DNA of 63,824 nucleotides, counting the filler, from Lenisia limosa (Eukaryota > Protista > Breviatea), in assembly GCA_001655205.1 (NCBI GenBank). It is 10 parts of 10 records of this genome, joined end to end, with 100 filler letters (N's around TTAATTAATTAA, not from the genome) between each part and the next. Parts side by side here need not be neighbours in the genome. Positions count along the whole stretch, not along the records: positions 22,565 to 28,415 come from LPNZ01004398.1; positions 28,516 to 32,656 come from LPNZ01002293.1; positions 32,757 to 35,139 come from LPNZ01005848.1; positions 35,240 to 39,980 come from LPNZ01007219.1; 6 more parts are not named here. One strand, 5' to 3'. Numbering within the stretch: the first letter of the stretch is position 1; every line of letters begins with the position of its first letter. Shown here in pieces: positions 25,650-36,779 of the stretch. Made by a program: the position numbers and the translations under genes. The notes below the pieces were generated by a model. It searched no databases, was not told the origin of the DNA, and saw only the letters and a list, made by a program, of their open reading frames with translations.

Positions 25650-27310
25650 TATCATATTCTCAACCCCCCAATTGTTTCATGCCTGTCCATCATCAAGTTC
25701 TTCCTCTTCCTTCAGTGACTTCGCAGTGTGTGGGCAAAGTACGCACGCACGCACGCAAATCAGAATTATCATTCGACCGCGCGCCAAATCAATGGTGAAG
25801 TGAGCAATGAGTTCTCTTCTCTATGACAATAATGGAACATCTGCTCAAATTGGGAGCTGATTTAAACTCGACAACGACAAGCATGAGCATGGTGGGATTT
25901 GGATCTTTTTCCGTTTCCGCGTGGGAATTTTGGAATTGGAAGAAGAAAACAATTTTGTTCAACTTTCAACAATATTTTTCCAAAGATAAAAGACTCTCGA
26001 TAATTTCATAATTATAAAAACTCCAAAAAAAAAATTCCAAGTTTAGCCTCTTCTACTGCCATTTTATTACACTGATAAGGGTGGCCATCCAATATGTACA
26101 TATTTATCAGTTTTCCCATGGGGGGGGGGGGGGNNNNNNNNNNNNNNNNNNNNNNNNNNNNNNNNNNNNNNNNNNNNNNNNNNNNNNNNNNNNNNNNNNN
26201 NNNNNNNNNNNNNNNNNNNNNNNNNTGTTGTAAATGAGAGTTCACCGAATAAAGTTATTAAACTATCAGAATTCGTGATATTACTGATTTCCAATTGGTT
26301 ATGGACAATTATAATGTAAGAAACTCTCGCATCATCTCCCTCCCTCCCCTCGCTCTCACTCTTTTTGGAGCTTCTCTCATGAAGCAATTTTCAATAGTAC
26401 GTCAGCAACTTTCATCGAAATCAGAAATAATAAATTATCAGCAAAAACAAAAGGCCCCTTTTACCTTTTGACATTATTTTCCAAATTTAGTAGTTTCGAT
26501 AACTGTATTGATTATTAACTCGTTTATTGTGTAAAAGCTTCACTAATATTAATATGGATATTGTTAAAGGTTAAAAGTGGTTAGTTCAGTTCATGTTGAT
26601 AAAAACAATTTGAAAGTTCGAATTGAACTCTGTGAAGACATCTTTGTGTGCTCCATATTTTGCATGATGATTATACTTTCTATTTTCGCAATTATAGCAC
26701 AGAGAGAATCTCTTTTGGAAGTTGCTGTGGAAGAAAACGACATTGAGAAGGCCCTTTATGCAGTACCTGAAGTCGTCCGAAATGACCAACGGAAAAATTG
26801 GCCATTGCTATCTATGGTCAGCCAAGTCTATGCACATTATGTTGTATTCAGCTTTTGACTTTTTAGAATGGTGGATAAGACAGGGTAGTAAAAAGTGGTG
26901 ACCTAGCAATGTTGAGGCTGTTGATCGATTGTGGTGCTGACCCCTTGATTGCAGATATTGTAAGATGTGAATTTTGGGATTATTGTTAGTTTATTAATGT
27001 CTGCCCAAATCGGGTAATATTGACCACGTTCAGAATGGATGGACAGTGTTGGATTCAGCTGCGGCCAATAATCACCTTGAAATTGTACGACATTTGATCG
27101 ACATCGGTGCGAATGTCAATACTTTGGGAATGGTACGATTTGTAGAAATGAGACAAAGCATGGTTTTCTATGATATATCTGACTGATGTTGTCTGTTCAC
27201 ATACCATCTTATTTTACCAATATTTAACTCCAAATAGAATAACAGTATAATCGACGATACAATATTTATCCTATTTTGTACAGTCAGATTTGATGTTTCA
27301 GACACTTGTT
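25650..27310 (+). CDS. Ankyrin-repeat protein
   Basis: Repeats LLKLGADLN, MLRLLIDCGADP and NGWTVLDSAAANNHLEIVRHLIDIGANVN. Ends are approximate. Confidence 0.75.
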
Positions 27311-27387
27311 ATGTAAGCCTTTTGATGCATTTTAACTAAATGATTACCCCAACCAGCATCATCTGTTTTATTATTATATCATATGCA

Positions 27388-27468
27388 TAGGGCTTCCTAC
27401 GGTCCGAAAAAGACCGGTAAAATATCGATATGTATCGAGGATTTATCGAGAAAATCAGTATTTTTCAT
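27388..27468 (+). mobile_element. MITE family A, 3'-degenerate copy
   Basis: TAGGGCTTCCTACGGTCCGAAAAAGACCGGTAAAATATCGAT start; no right TIR. Confidence 0.7.
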
Positions 27469-27601
27469 TAACTTCTGATGGCTTCTAATCGAAGCATTTT
27501 TGGGTACTGGAAAATAAAGTTCAAACGAAGCACTTACTTGATAGTCACACATATACATGTACATGAAAAAAGTTCAATAGATAAAATGGCTTAAATAGAA
27601 A

Positions 27602-28400
27602 TCAGTTCATTTTGAGTCTTCCATAGAGTTCCAGCGATGATAGGTTCAGGACATTGTTGCCACTCGAGGATGGGCCAGTCAAAACGATTCGGATCTTTCG
27701 GATCGAAAAGGGGGTCACCTTGGGGTATCAGTTTATGACCCATGGCAGAAGGGGTATGCAAAAAAATGAGTTATATCATTCGAATCTAAATTCCTTTTTT
27801 TCACAAAAATACTCAACCAGACAGTCAGTAAATAATAAGCTAGGTGAAATACATGTTTGTAGTAATATATCGATCGATATATCATAGACAGTCTCAAATG
27901 CCAACCTGGAAAACCTTCCATTGGCTGGGACTGTTGATGCTTTGGTCGTTGCTGAATTCGGCCAAAACGGTCCAGTCTTTGTCGGATGGTGACTCTTTCA
28001 TGGTGCCCTTGATAGGTGAGAAGATTGACAGGATAACAAGGAAACGTTATTGCACTGATACGCTTATTCAAAAACGCTAACCAAGAATTTCCAATTCCGA
28101 AGGTAATTCGACGAGCTGGCGTCATGCTTCAAAGCAACCTGGGGGGTAAAAAAACCCCCAAATATTCTGTTAAGTTCTAACACAATGCTATGTACACTTT
28201 CCAACAACAATCATTTGTTTATCCTCTCCCCATGCATACATGGGAAATGGTCACTTTTGCCTCAACAGTCAAATCTACCTCGAACCATGCTCCAATCTGA
28301 GGGCGTCAGTAAATTCAATTCTTGGATGGAAAACGAAAACTGAGAGAGCCATAACCCGAAATAACACCAAGTTGAAATGGGAACCGCTGAGAAAACAAAA
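27602..28400 (-). CDS. C-terminal galactose-binding-like (F5/8-type, HECTD1 SUN-like) domain exons
   Basis: GAWFEVDL...SHVALKHD...YLRNWKF...WTVLAEFSNDQSINSP...IRIVLTGPSSSGNNVLNLSSLELYG* parallels the HECTD1-type module. Confidence 0.75.
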
Positions 28401-28539
28401 CAAGAGACAGTATTANNNNNNNNNNNNNNNNNNNNNNNNNNNNNNNNNNNNNNNNNNNNTTAATTAATTAANNNNNNNNNNNNNNNNNNNNNNNNNNNNN
28501 NNNNNNNNNNNNNNNTTTTTTTTTTTTCGTTTTTTCCAT

Positions 28540-31500
28540 TAGTTCTCATAATGTTATCTTGTCTCTTACTGCGCAGCCGCTTGTGAGGTGGCTGATCCAA
28601 AAGCAGAACATTGACGGTCTTCTTGAAGGTGGGGATTTCGGTCCCACTCTTTATATATCGACCCGTTGCATTTTGGAAAATGTGCCTAATTATTTTAAAA
28701 AAAACTGTGAAGATATTCTTAATTAACCCCAAGTCTTCTGTCTTTAGTCATAATACAGCCATTAATGTTATATAGCCACGCTGCGAGCAGGCAGGGTGTC
28801 TGAGGCCAAAAAACTAGTTCTATTGTATCACAGCGCGCACCCCAATACCGACTCCGCATTGGTTTGATGGGGTTTTTTATTTTCACATATTATAGGGCAT
28901 CACTTCGGTTATAAAACTCGGGAAAATATCGATAGTTTTCGAGGATTTATCTTTTTTCGAACCGATGTAGCTCTATATTATCTGTTTTGGATGGATTTGG
29001 AGGGACTGAGAAATAAATTCAGATAAACACAGCGCTGCTCTTTTTTGTTGTTGATTTTTGTTTTTTTGTTGATTTTGTTAACTCTTTAGGCAAGTCAGAA
29101 TTCGACAGACGAATGCGTACACCTCAGGGTAAGTGGGCGCGCTGCAAGGAGGTTTGTGACTTAAATGGTCCCGTTATCATTTCAAGACAATTTTGACACT
29201 TTAGAATTATTTTGACTCAAGACAAATTGAGATTCCCAAGCAGCTTGAGGCTCTATTAAGTCAGTAACGCACACTCCACTCCCCATCCTAACTCACAACG
29301 TTTTCTTTCGTCTAAGTGTTTCTTACTTGTTTCAGTTGTACTATTTATTGTATCTAAGTAAATACCCAAGTCAGTTTCTGGGCTAGCTGCTTTAAATTTG
29401 CTCATCCATGTTGACCGTAAGATTTGAGATAAACTATAGGCCATTGGGGCCTACTCTCTAAAGCCTTCAAAAGAATCGTCTCTATCTCTACATACAATGC
29501 AGAAAGAGATTAAAAAGCGCAACGATTTATGAGAATCTTAAACCCACAAATAGTGAACTCAAATAGAATAATGTACATTCGGCCACAAAGCCCAGGAACA
29601 AAAGAAACAACAAAACATTAGAAGTACAAAATAGGGAGGATGCAGTGGAGGTAATGTGGTTAAATGGTTGTGAGAATACTCGAACAGATCTTCACAATTT
29701 CTTCGTCGTTTTCATGAAACTCAGAAACCTGGGTGGTCAATTGGTTGGTTTCCAAACACTATTGTTGGAAGTGAAACATAAAAAAAAAACGTGAATTCGA
29801 GAAAATAGAATAAAATGATTAATTTGGCGGCAACCATAACACGCCTTGCTTAAACCCTTAAACCCTTGCTCACCTGCTTAACGAGGGTGGGCCCCAATGG
29901 CTTCATAACTGCCATCATCGAAGGGTTCAGTTCTGCGCATGTAAGTAGGCTGAGAACTACTCAATATTCGCATTTCTTGAATGAGGTATGCTGACAAACA
30001 TCGATATATTTCAAGACGTAATCGAAAAGCCTCTTACCAGTGCGATTGAGGAACAGTTCAATGAGTTCGATTACGTTACAGATCACGTTAGCTTGCTCAG
30101 CGAACTCCTTCAAACTGTCGGCAAGAAGGGTGGGAAGTCCAAGATCTTGTATACTTCGAATGCACGCATCTGGGGAGTAAAATTGAAAAATTTATGAAGC
30201 ACAAAAAAAACCCAAATCAACTCTGTTGTCTGACAACACACGTGGGTTGATAACAACAAAACAAACAACATGCATCTGGGGGGTAAGATGATTAGAGGAA
30301 CCATTAAAGAGGAATATTGGGGAGGAGGCAGATCTCTATCTCAGCAAACAAAACCCCTAGTACTAACTACACAACAGATCCCATGAACTTTGAACTTTAA
30401 TGCATCAATAACTGGGGGAATATTCACCCTAGAAACAGAAAGTCCATGCCCACCATTATTAGCCATGAAGATGAAGAGGGCGGTGGTGGAGAGAACGATA
30501 TCCTCGTCCTTGGGAAACTGCTTCATAAGGTGCACGGCCTGGGGGGGGGGGGGGGNNNNNNNNNNNNNNNNNNNNNNNNNNNNNNNNNNNNNNNNNNNNN
30601 NNNNNNNNNNNNNNNNNNNNNNNNNNNNNNNNNNNNNNNNNNNNNNNNNNNNNNNNNNNNNNNNNNNNNNNNNNNNNNNNNNNNNNNNNNNNNNNNNNNN
30701 NNNNNNNNNNNNNNNNNNNNNNNNNNNNNNNNNNNNNNNNNNNNNNNNNNNNNNNNNNNNNNNACTTGACCAGCGTTCTGGGGCCTGACTCTGTAATGTA
30801 AGACTGAGATTTGTACATTTCACTCCTCATCCCATCCCTCTCATTCCTCCCCACCCCCCCTTTTTTTTAAAAAACCTCTTACCAATATCGAATATTCGCG
30901 ACAAGACAGTGAGGCAGTTGGTGGCAATGGCAGGGTCAGAGGCGGATATGCANNNNNNNNNNNNNNNNNNNNNNNNNNNNNNNNNNNNNNNNNNNNNNNN
31001 NNNNNNNNNNNNNNNNNNNNNNNNNAACGGAGGATGGACGCTGGGGGGTCAGGAATATATGCGAACAATTCCCATATTGTCCTTGAGGAATATTGTCAGA
31101 TAAAGACGGATCTCGGGGAATCCTCTGTCACAGTCACAGGATGATCCCTGTCTTTTCTCTCCTCCAGACATACAGTGGTTGAGATGAACGAGGAGTGTGA
31201 AGGCACTGGCGATTACGGGCAAGGACGAAGGGAACAACTCCAGGGATTTGAAGGCGAAGGAGTGGACATCTGCGGACACCATTGACGCCGGATCTAAAGG
31301 TGTCATACTTGATTACGGCTACGTAGAGCTTCACTTTCGGTTCCAAAAAAAGACTGAATCTCGATAAATCCTCGATAAATACCGATATTGTATCCGTCTT
31401 TTGGAACCGAAAGTGAAGCTCTAGTGGTCTCCTAGTTTTACAATCAGCTATAAATAGCGGTTCGAAAAAAGACTGAATTTCTCGATAAATCTTCGAAAAC

Positions 31501-32510
31501 TATCGATATTTTTACCTTTCTTTTTCAAACCGAAGTGAAGCCCTAATTACGGCGTAATAATCTCTAAAAGCACATGTTTTCATTCTTTTCAATAAATTCC
31601 CAATGCCACCACCGAACCGTGCTGAGCCCCACCCATACCACCAACCGTGTTGCGACAGGTTGCTCAGGAAAACAAGGGCGTGAAGCGTCACCTCCTCGTT
31701 CTTAGGGTAGTTGCTGGCAATATTCATAGTCCATTTGACGAGGCCTTGGTCTATGATGTTGTCCAGGTCTGGGGGGTGACATGCTGTACTAAACGTGTAT
31801 ATGACATAATGCAATGGGAAATAATAAAAAAAAGGTTGTATCGGCCGAAGCCGTCCACACCATCACGCTTAAAAGAGATATTGNNNNNNNNNNNNNNNNN
31901 NNNNNNNNNNNNNNNNNNNNNNNNNNNNNNNNNNNNNNNNNNNNNNNNNNNNNNNNNNNNNNNNNNNNNAATCATTTGCCTTACAACTCTGTGCACACAG
32001 CTTTCTGCGTGTCTGTATAAACATAGAGATAATCAAAATGATTCACATCCCCCCACATCCAGCTGAGCTCTCGTTGGCCTCTGTCACGAGCGCCAGAACC
32101 TCGAGACCCGAAGCCACTACGCTGCCGTTGTTGAAGGGACGGTCAAGATGGTCCCGCACCACCCGGTGCAGGTTTCGCTGCTGGAAGTACTCCGCTGAGG
32201 CCGCTAGGGGATCAGAGGGAATCGTTTTTCTGTCATCTCAGGAACTAATTCATGACTCTGGCTTCACTTCGGTTCGAAAAAGACCGGTAAAATATCGAAT
32301 TTTCGAGGATTTATCGAAAAATTCAGTCATTTTTTCAACCGAAGTGAAGCCCTATTCATAGCCCTCTCCCATCCTACGGAACGTCAAAATGACTGCGATC
32401 AGTTGGAGGACCATTACGATGATGTCTGCAGTGCTGTTGCGGACCTTTGTCAATGTCATCGGCATTTCACTGTTGTAGAAGTGGCCAGATGCCTCGGCTG
32501 AATGTATCAG
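28540..32510 (-). CDS. Armadillo/HEAT-like helical repeat protein, probably the same gene as the 27602-28400 exons
   Basis: Helical repeat exons: IIDQGLVKWTMNIASNYPKNEEVTLHALVFLSNL, AVHLMKQFPKDEDIVLSTTALF, LADSLKEFAEQANVICNVIEL. Linkage crosses an artificial linker. Confidence 0.6.
28893..28975 (+). mobile_element. MITE family A, internally deleted
   Basis: TAGGGCATCACTTCGGTT...AACCGATGTAGCTCTA. Confidence 0.75.
30166..30289 (-). repeat. Family C copy with acceptor duplication
   Basis: Core CAACAGAGTTGATTTGGG...AATTTTACTCCCCAG; flanking direct repeats match 16/18. Confidence 0.85.
31324..31423 (-). mobile_element. MITE family A
   Basis: TIRs TAGAGCTTCACTTTCGGTTCC / GGAACCGAAAGTGAAGCTCTA. 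Confidence 0.85.
31458..31545 (-). mobile_element. MITE family A, one end truncated
   Basis: Family core ending AACCGAAGTGAAGCCCTA. Confidence 0.8.
31812..32020. repeat. Family B element spanning a gap
   Basis: GGTTGTATCGGCCGAAGCCGTCCACACCATCACGCTT...AATCATTTGCCTTACAACTCTGTGCACACAGCTTTCTG. Confidence 0.8.
32257..32354 (+). mobile_element. MITE family A
   Basis: Near-full copy; flanks TTCATGAC / TTCATAGC (6/8). Confidence 0.85.
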
Positions 32511-32567
32511 TGTTGTTCGAATGAAATGTAATGATGTTGTTCGAATGAAAGGCGTTTATTTAATACT

Positions 32568-32656
32568 GTGGGGTAAAATTGGACAATTTATGAAACAAAA
32601 AGCCCAAAATCAACTCTGTTGGCTGACAGCACACGAGGGTTGAGTAAAACAAAACA
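32568..32656 (-). repeat. Family C copy
   Basis: GCTGTCAGCCAACAGAGTTGATTTTGGGC...AATTTTACCCCACAG. Confidence 0.85.
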
Positions 32657-32756
32657 NNNNNNNNNNNNNNNNNNNNNNNNNNNNNNNNNNNNNNNNNNNN
32701 TTAATTAATTAANNNNNNNNNNNNNNNNNNNNNNNNNNNNNNNNNNNNNNNNNNNN

Positions 32757-33330
32757 ATATGCGTCCAGGTCCTTGGCCTATGGCCAGACATTCCAGTTTC
32801 TGTGTCCATAATCTCAACCCTTTCCTCATTTTCATCCTCCTTTTTAATTCGGTTCATCTTCTTCTTCTTCTTCTTCTTCTTCTAATAATCATTTACTTAC
32901 AGCAGCCTTCCTCAACTTCCAGTGTGTTTTGTGCACATGGTGGGGTGTTTTCGTTTCCCGGGGCGCCCTGGGTCTCATGAAATAAGATATAAGGAAGGGA
33001 CTAATTTTCCGAGAATATACCCGCCGGCGTCCAGGGAAGTTTTCGTGTTCAACAATAGCAACTACCTGGGGTATCCACATAACACGTAAGTTGCATAAAG
33101 CTTGAGTTGGGGCTGAGTGTTTTCTTTTTCTTTGTTTTGGAGTTGGAGAACTGTTGGAGAGGAGGCTAGGAGGTGTATAGAAGTTGGGAGGAGTCCCTTT
33201 TGCTTTTGAACACGGAAAACAATCTGTAGAAGAAAAAAAGAAAGATGAACCGAATAAAAAAGGATGAAAATGAGATTATGGACACAGAAACTGGAATGTC
33301 TGGCCATAGGCCAAGGACCTGGACGCATAT
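32757..33330. repeat. Inverted duplication, arms 32757-32860 and 33235-33330
   Basis: First 60 nt are perfectly reverse-complementary, followed by about 35 nt with indels. Confidence 0.9.
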
Positions 33331-33384
33331 CTTCTCAAAGGAAGTCTGTGGTGATGATTGGTTGTGTGGTTTTGTGGCTTTAGC

Positions 33385-35003
33385 AAATTACCGAAAGGCT
33401 TGTTGAAATCTCGTAATTATCCAGGTTATTATTGTGATCATTGTCATCTGTACAGTCATTTGCGGACCTGTCATCCTTTATTCCCTCAGCCATAACTATC
33501 AAAGAGGTTTGGATATGAGGGGGGGGGGNNNNNNNNNNATAAGTCTTGACCGTTTTACTAATGATTTCCCAAGACTTGTCTCGGTCAGTGTATTATTTCG
33601 CACAACCCTTTGCCTGAAATTGCTGTTTAACAAGATCCAGTAAGACAAGGTAATGGACAGCTGTCATGGATTCAGCCTGCTAAACAAAAGGTTGCTTTTG
33701 GGAGTAATCGATATTATGGCATAGACTTGTCAGTCAATTATAAGAGTTGATATATACAGTATACATTTCTGATATGCATATCGATATGTATATGATATTA
33801 TATAATAATATATAATATATGCATATATATCGATATATGTATTTATTTGTCCAGTTTTAACATGTACTAACTAACCTCTATTTGTTTGGAGTTTNNNNNN
33901 NNNNCCGACCGTGTCGCATCCAAAGCATCATGTTCTAAAGAATATTGATTTAAGGAAAATATATCTTTATTTCGCACAACCTTTGCCTGAAATTGTTTGC
34001 TGATCCAGCAGGGCAAGTTCTAGCAGGTCAAGGTTCAGCAGGGCAAGTTCAAGCCAGTCAAGATTTAGCCAGTCAAGTTCAAGCAAGCCAAGAATCAGCA
34101 AGCCAAGAATCAGCAAGTCAAGAATCAGTAAGTCAAGAATCAGCAAGTCAAGAAGAATCAGCAAGTCAATGCCCAGCGTGCCAATGTAAAAAACCGTTGT
34201 CATGGATTCAGCCTGCAAAACAAAAGGTTTGCTTTTGGGAGTAATCGGATATTATGGCATAGACTTGTCTATCAGTTGTAACACGAGTTGATAGATAATA
34301 TATATCGATATGATAGAATAGCTATATGATATATCATATACTATATATTATATATCTAGATATATGTATATGATATGTATTTATTTGTCCAGTTTTAACA
34401 TGTACTAACTAACCTCTATTTGTTTGGAGTTTCAGATTCGGTTCATAATTTACCGGTACCGCCAATATCCTTTATCGAAATTCCTTTGTTTAACCCTCCA
34501 GTTGCCGTACGAACTCGAAGAAGAAAACGCGCTGTTCAAGAAGGTTTGGCGAGAAGGCAGGTTCAAGGACTTGCTCTATTGCCCGTGGCTCCCAGGGGTA
34601 TGTGGGGGGGGGGGATAAAATGAAGGAAAATTCTTTTTGGGGGTGGGAGTGTCCAATGCATGTTAATAAGCCCCCACATTCAGTTCTTCTGTATGTTAAA
34701 AAAAATATGTATTGAATCAAGACAAGGGAAACAGATACACATTTAGGCCTAGGGCTTCACTTCGGTTCAAAAAATACCAGTAAAATAGCGATAATTTTCG
34801 ATGATTTATCGAGAAATTCAGTCTTTTTTTGAACCGAAGGGAAGCCCTATTTAGGATCCTATCTTTTTGGCGGGGCGTCTTAAAGCGTGACGAAGGACCT
34901 CACTTTACATTCATTTTCTATTTCACCGCCTCCCCCTCAAGGATGGAGTGTACCTTCAGCCGTATGATACTGCATTTGACAAGGACTTGAGAACTTTTGT
35001 TGA
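33385..35003 (+). CDS. Uncharacterised protein fragment with a tandemly duplicated exon
   Basis: Exons SFADLSSFIPSAITIKE, ...LSWIQPAKQK (present twice), LPYELEEENALFKKVWREGRFKDLLYCPWLPG, DGVYLQPYDTAFDKDLRTFVE, all with AG/GT ends. Confidence 0.5.
33539..33590. repeat. Family D, diverged second copy
   Basis: ATAAGTCTTGACCG...AATGATTTCCCAAG...TCGGTCA. Confidence 0.65.
34022..34170 (+). repeat. 15-bp coding minisatellite (ASQES-like)
   Basis: About 10 imperfect copies of AGCAAGTCAAGAATC in frame within one exon. Confidence 0.85.
34750..34849 (+). mobile_element. MITE family A
   Basis: Full TIRs; flanks TTTAGGCC / TTTAGGAT (6/8). Confidence 0.88.
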
Positions 35004-35039
35004 AGTGAGTTGAATCTGGGGATCTGAGGACCCTGTGTG

Positions 35040-35139
35040 TTTCTCAAATGCTACTCCAACAGAATATTTTGGGGTTTTTGTGTCGTAAATTTTTCAATTT
35101 TTACCCATGATGGGATGTGGTGCTGCAGAAGCGACTGGC
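35040..35139 (+). repeat. Family C, two partial tandem copies
   Basis: CCAACAGAATATTTTGGGG...AATTTTTACCC followed by ATGGGATGTGGTGCTGCAGAAGCGACTGGC. Confidence 0.7.
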
Positions 35140-35319
35140 NNNNNNNNNNNNNNNNNNNNNNNNNNNNNNNNNNNNNNNNNNNNTTAATTAATTAANNNNN
35201 NNNNNNNNNNNNNNNNNNNNNNNNNNNNNNNNNNNNNNNAATTATGTAGATAATGAAATAGCAGGAAATACGATCTTCAATTACTTATAAAAACCAATAG
35301 TATATGACATCATTTGGTT

Positions 35320-36270
35320 TAACCTGTTTTCCATTTTGGGCGTTGTGAACATAGTATTATCACGAAAAGAGCACGCTGCAAATGGCTCGCCTGTACAACG
35401 CTGGACTTCGCATTGGTCGGCATAATGCCAAGACAGTCATCAAGGTTACTCCTCGTGATGCCAAAACCAAGGCTGCAATCCGTACTTACAGTGTTGCTGT
35501 GAGCACGGAAGAGGTGGTCCGGGTCCAAGTTTCTTGTCTACGCTCAAAAATTGACTCCAAAGACGAAGATGGTCTACAAAGGGGATTAGTTACAATCGCA
35601 ACTGTATAAAGCCCTTATTTCAGTTCCTTCACAATAGCTCTCTAGCAACTGAATAACAAAATCATATTCATTAAATCAAAATACTAATATAACTCCATCA
35701 TTGTACTAACCTGCGTTTTCTCTTGCCGTTGACGATCAAGGTCTGAGGGAACACGTTTCTGAACTTTCAAGCGGATTTCCTTTGCCTTGGTTGCCGATCC
35801 CCTCCCCATAGCGTCATTTTCTTGAAGTGATGGTTTCGAGCTTCATTGGAACACCGAGCTAAGTTGTTAAGAAATTTCCAGAATAATATGTACACGTATC
35901 AAAAGGCTTACCAATTGTAACTTTCGGCAAGTTTCTTCAGCTTCTTTTACTGAGGCTGGTGTGAGTGGTTTCCGTCCCTTTCTGTCTCCAAAGAACACAA
36001 AATCTTCTGGGGAGTTTCTCACAACACGGTGGTGAACAAATTTCACAAGACACTTCTTAAAGGTTGATCGAGGAATGCTATTTTAGGCTGTTCTGAGTCA
36101 GCATCTGAAGCTAAGTACGCCTCAATTGCCTTCTTGAGGTAAATGTTCTTTTCTCTAGACGTAAGGATGGGCTCATTTTTATCTTTGTCAACACCAGCCC
36201 AGGCATTCTCAAGCTCAGGAAAATCTGTAGTGAAGTAGCTTTCTACAGGTTTGCGCCCGCGGGAGACCAT
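35320..36270 (-). pseudogene. Decayed pogo/Tigger (CENP-B-type) transposase with introns
   Basis: After removing the 41-nt intron 36078-36118: KKAIEA-IPRSTF (psq-type HTH), GRKPLTP...LGVPMKLETI (CENP-B HTH), KRVPSDLDRQR. In-frame TGA at 35814-35816 and further stops downstream. No intact DDE region or TIRs seen. Confidence 0.55.
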
Positions 36271-36779
36271 AATAATAGTTCCAAAAACTAAAAATGATGC
36301 ACCAACAAAGGGATCTTACATTGGGAGAAAAGGACACTGAAACAAAACAGTTTTTCCAAGAGAAGGTTTTTCCAATTCCAAGTGAGGTTAATACGTGTAT
36401 ATTAATAATACAAGATCTTTTACTATGCTTAATCCAACTAAAATGATTTTTGAAAGAGAAAAAAATGGCAAAAAGAGAAAAGTTGCGTCACGGTGGCGCG
36501 CAGTTTCCCAAATTTCAACTTACCAAATGTACATCCTTTTCTTTATCTCTACGCTGTGTTGGTAGGTTTTCTACTATATTGTATTTATATTATGACAGGG
36601 AAATACAAAAAAATGGATCTTNNNNNNNNNNNNNNNNNNNNNNNNNNNNNNNNNNNNNNNNNNNNNNNNNNNNNNNNNNNNNNNNNNNNNNNNNNNNNNN
36701 NNNNNNNNNNNNNNNNNNNNNNNNNNNNNNNNNNNNNNNNNNNNNNNNNNNNNNNNNNNNNNNNNNNNNNNNNNNNNGG

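Noticed and set aside
29090-29128. Plus-strand exon-like segment (ttag...gtaagt) suggesting a nested antisense gene
   Set aside because: The same bases form a phase-compatible minus-strand exon of the ARM gene, and no partner plus-strand exons were found.
35382-35609. Plus-strand ORF MARLYNAG...
   Set aside because: No recognisable motif; it is antisense to the decayed transposase and best explained as a shadow ORF.
35814-35816. Alternative genetic code (TGA=Trp, or TAA=Gln at 26875)
   Set aside because: Conserved Trp residues in CPSF73, RRP45 and GNPDA use TGG, TGA terminates GNPDA and the 27602 gene, and conserved exons lack in-frame TAA/TAG.
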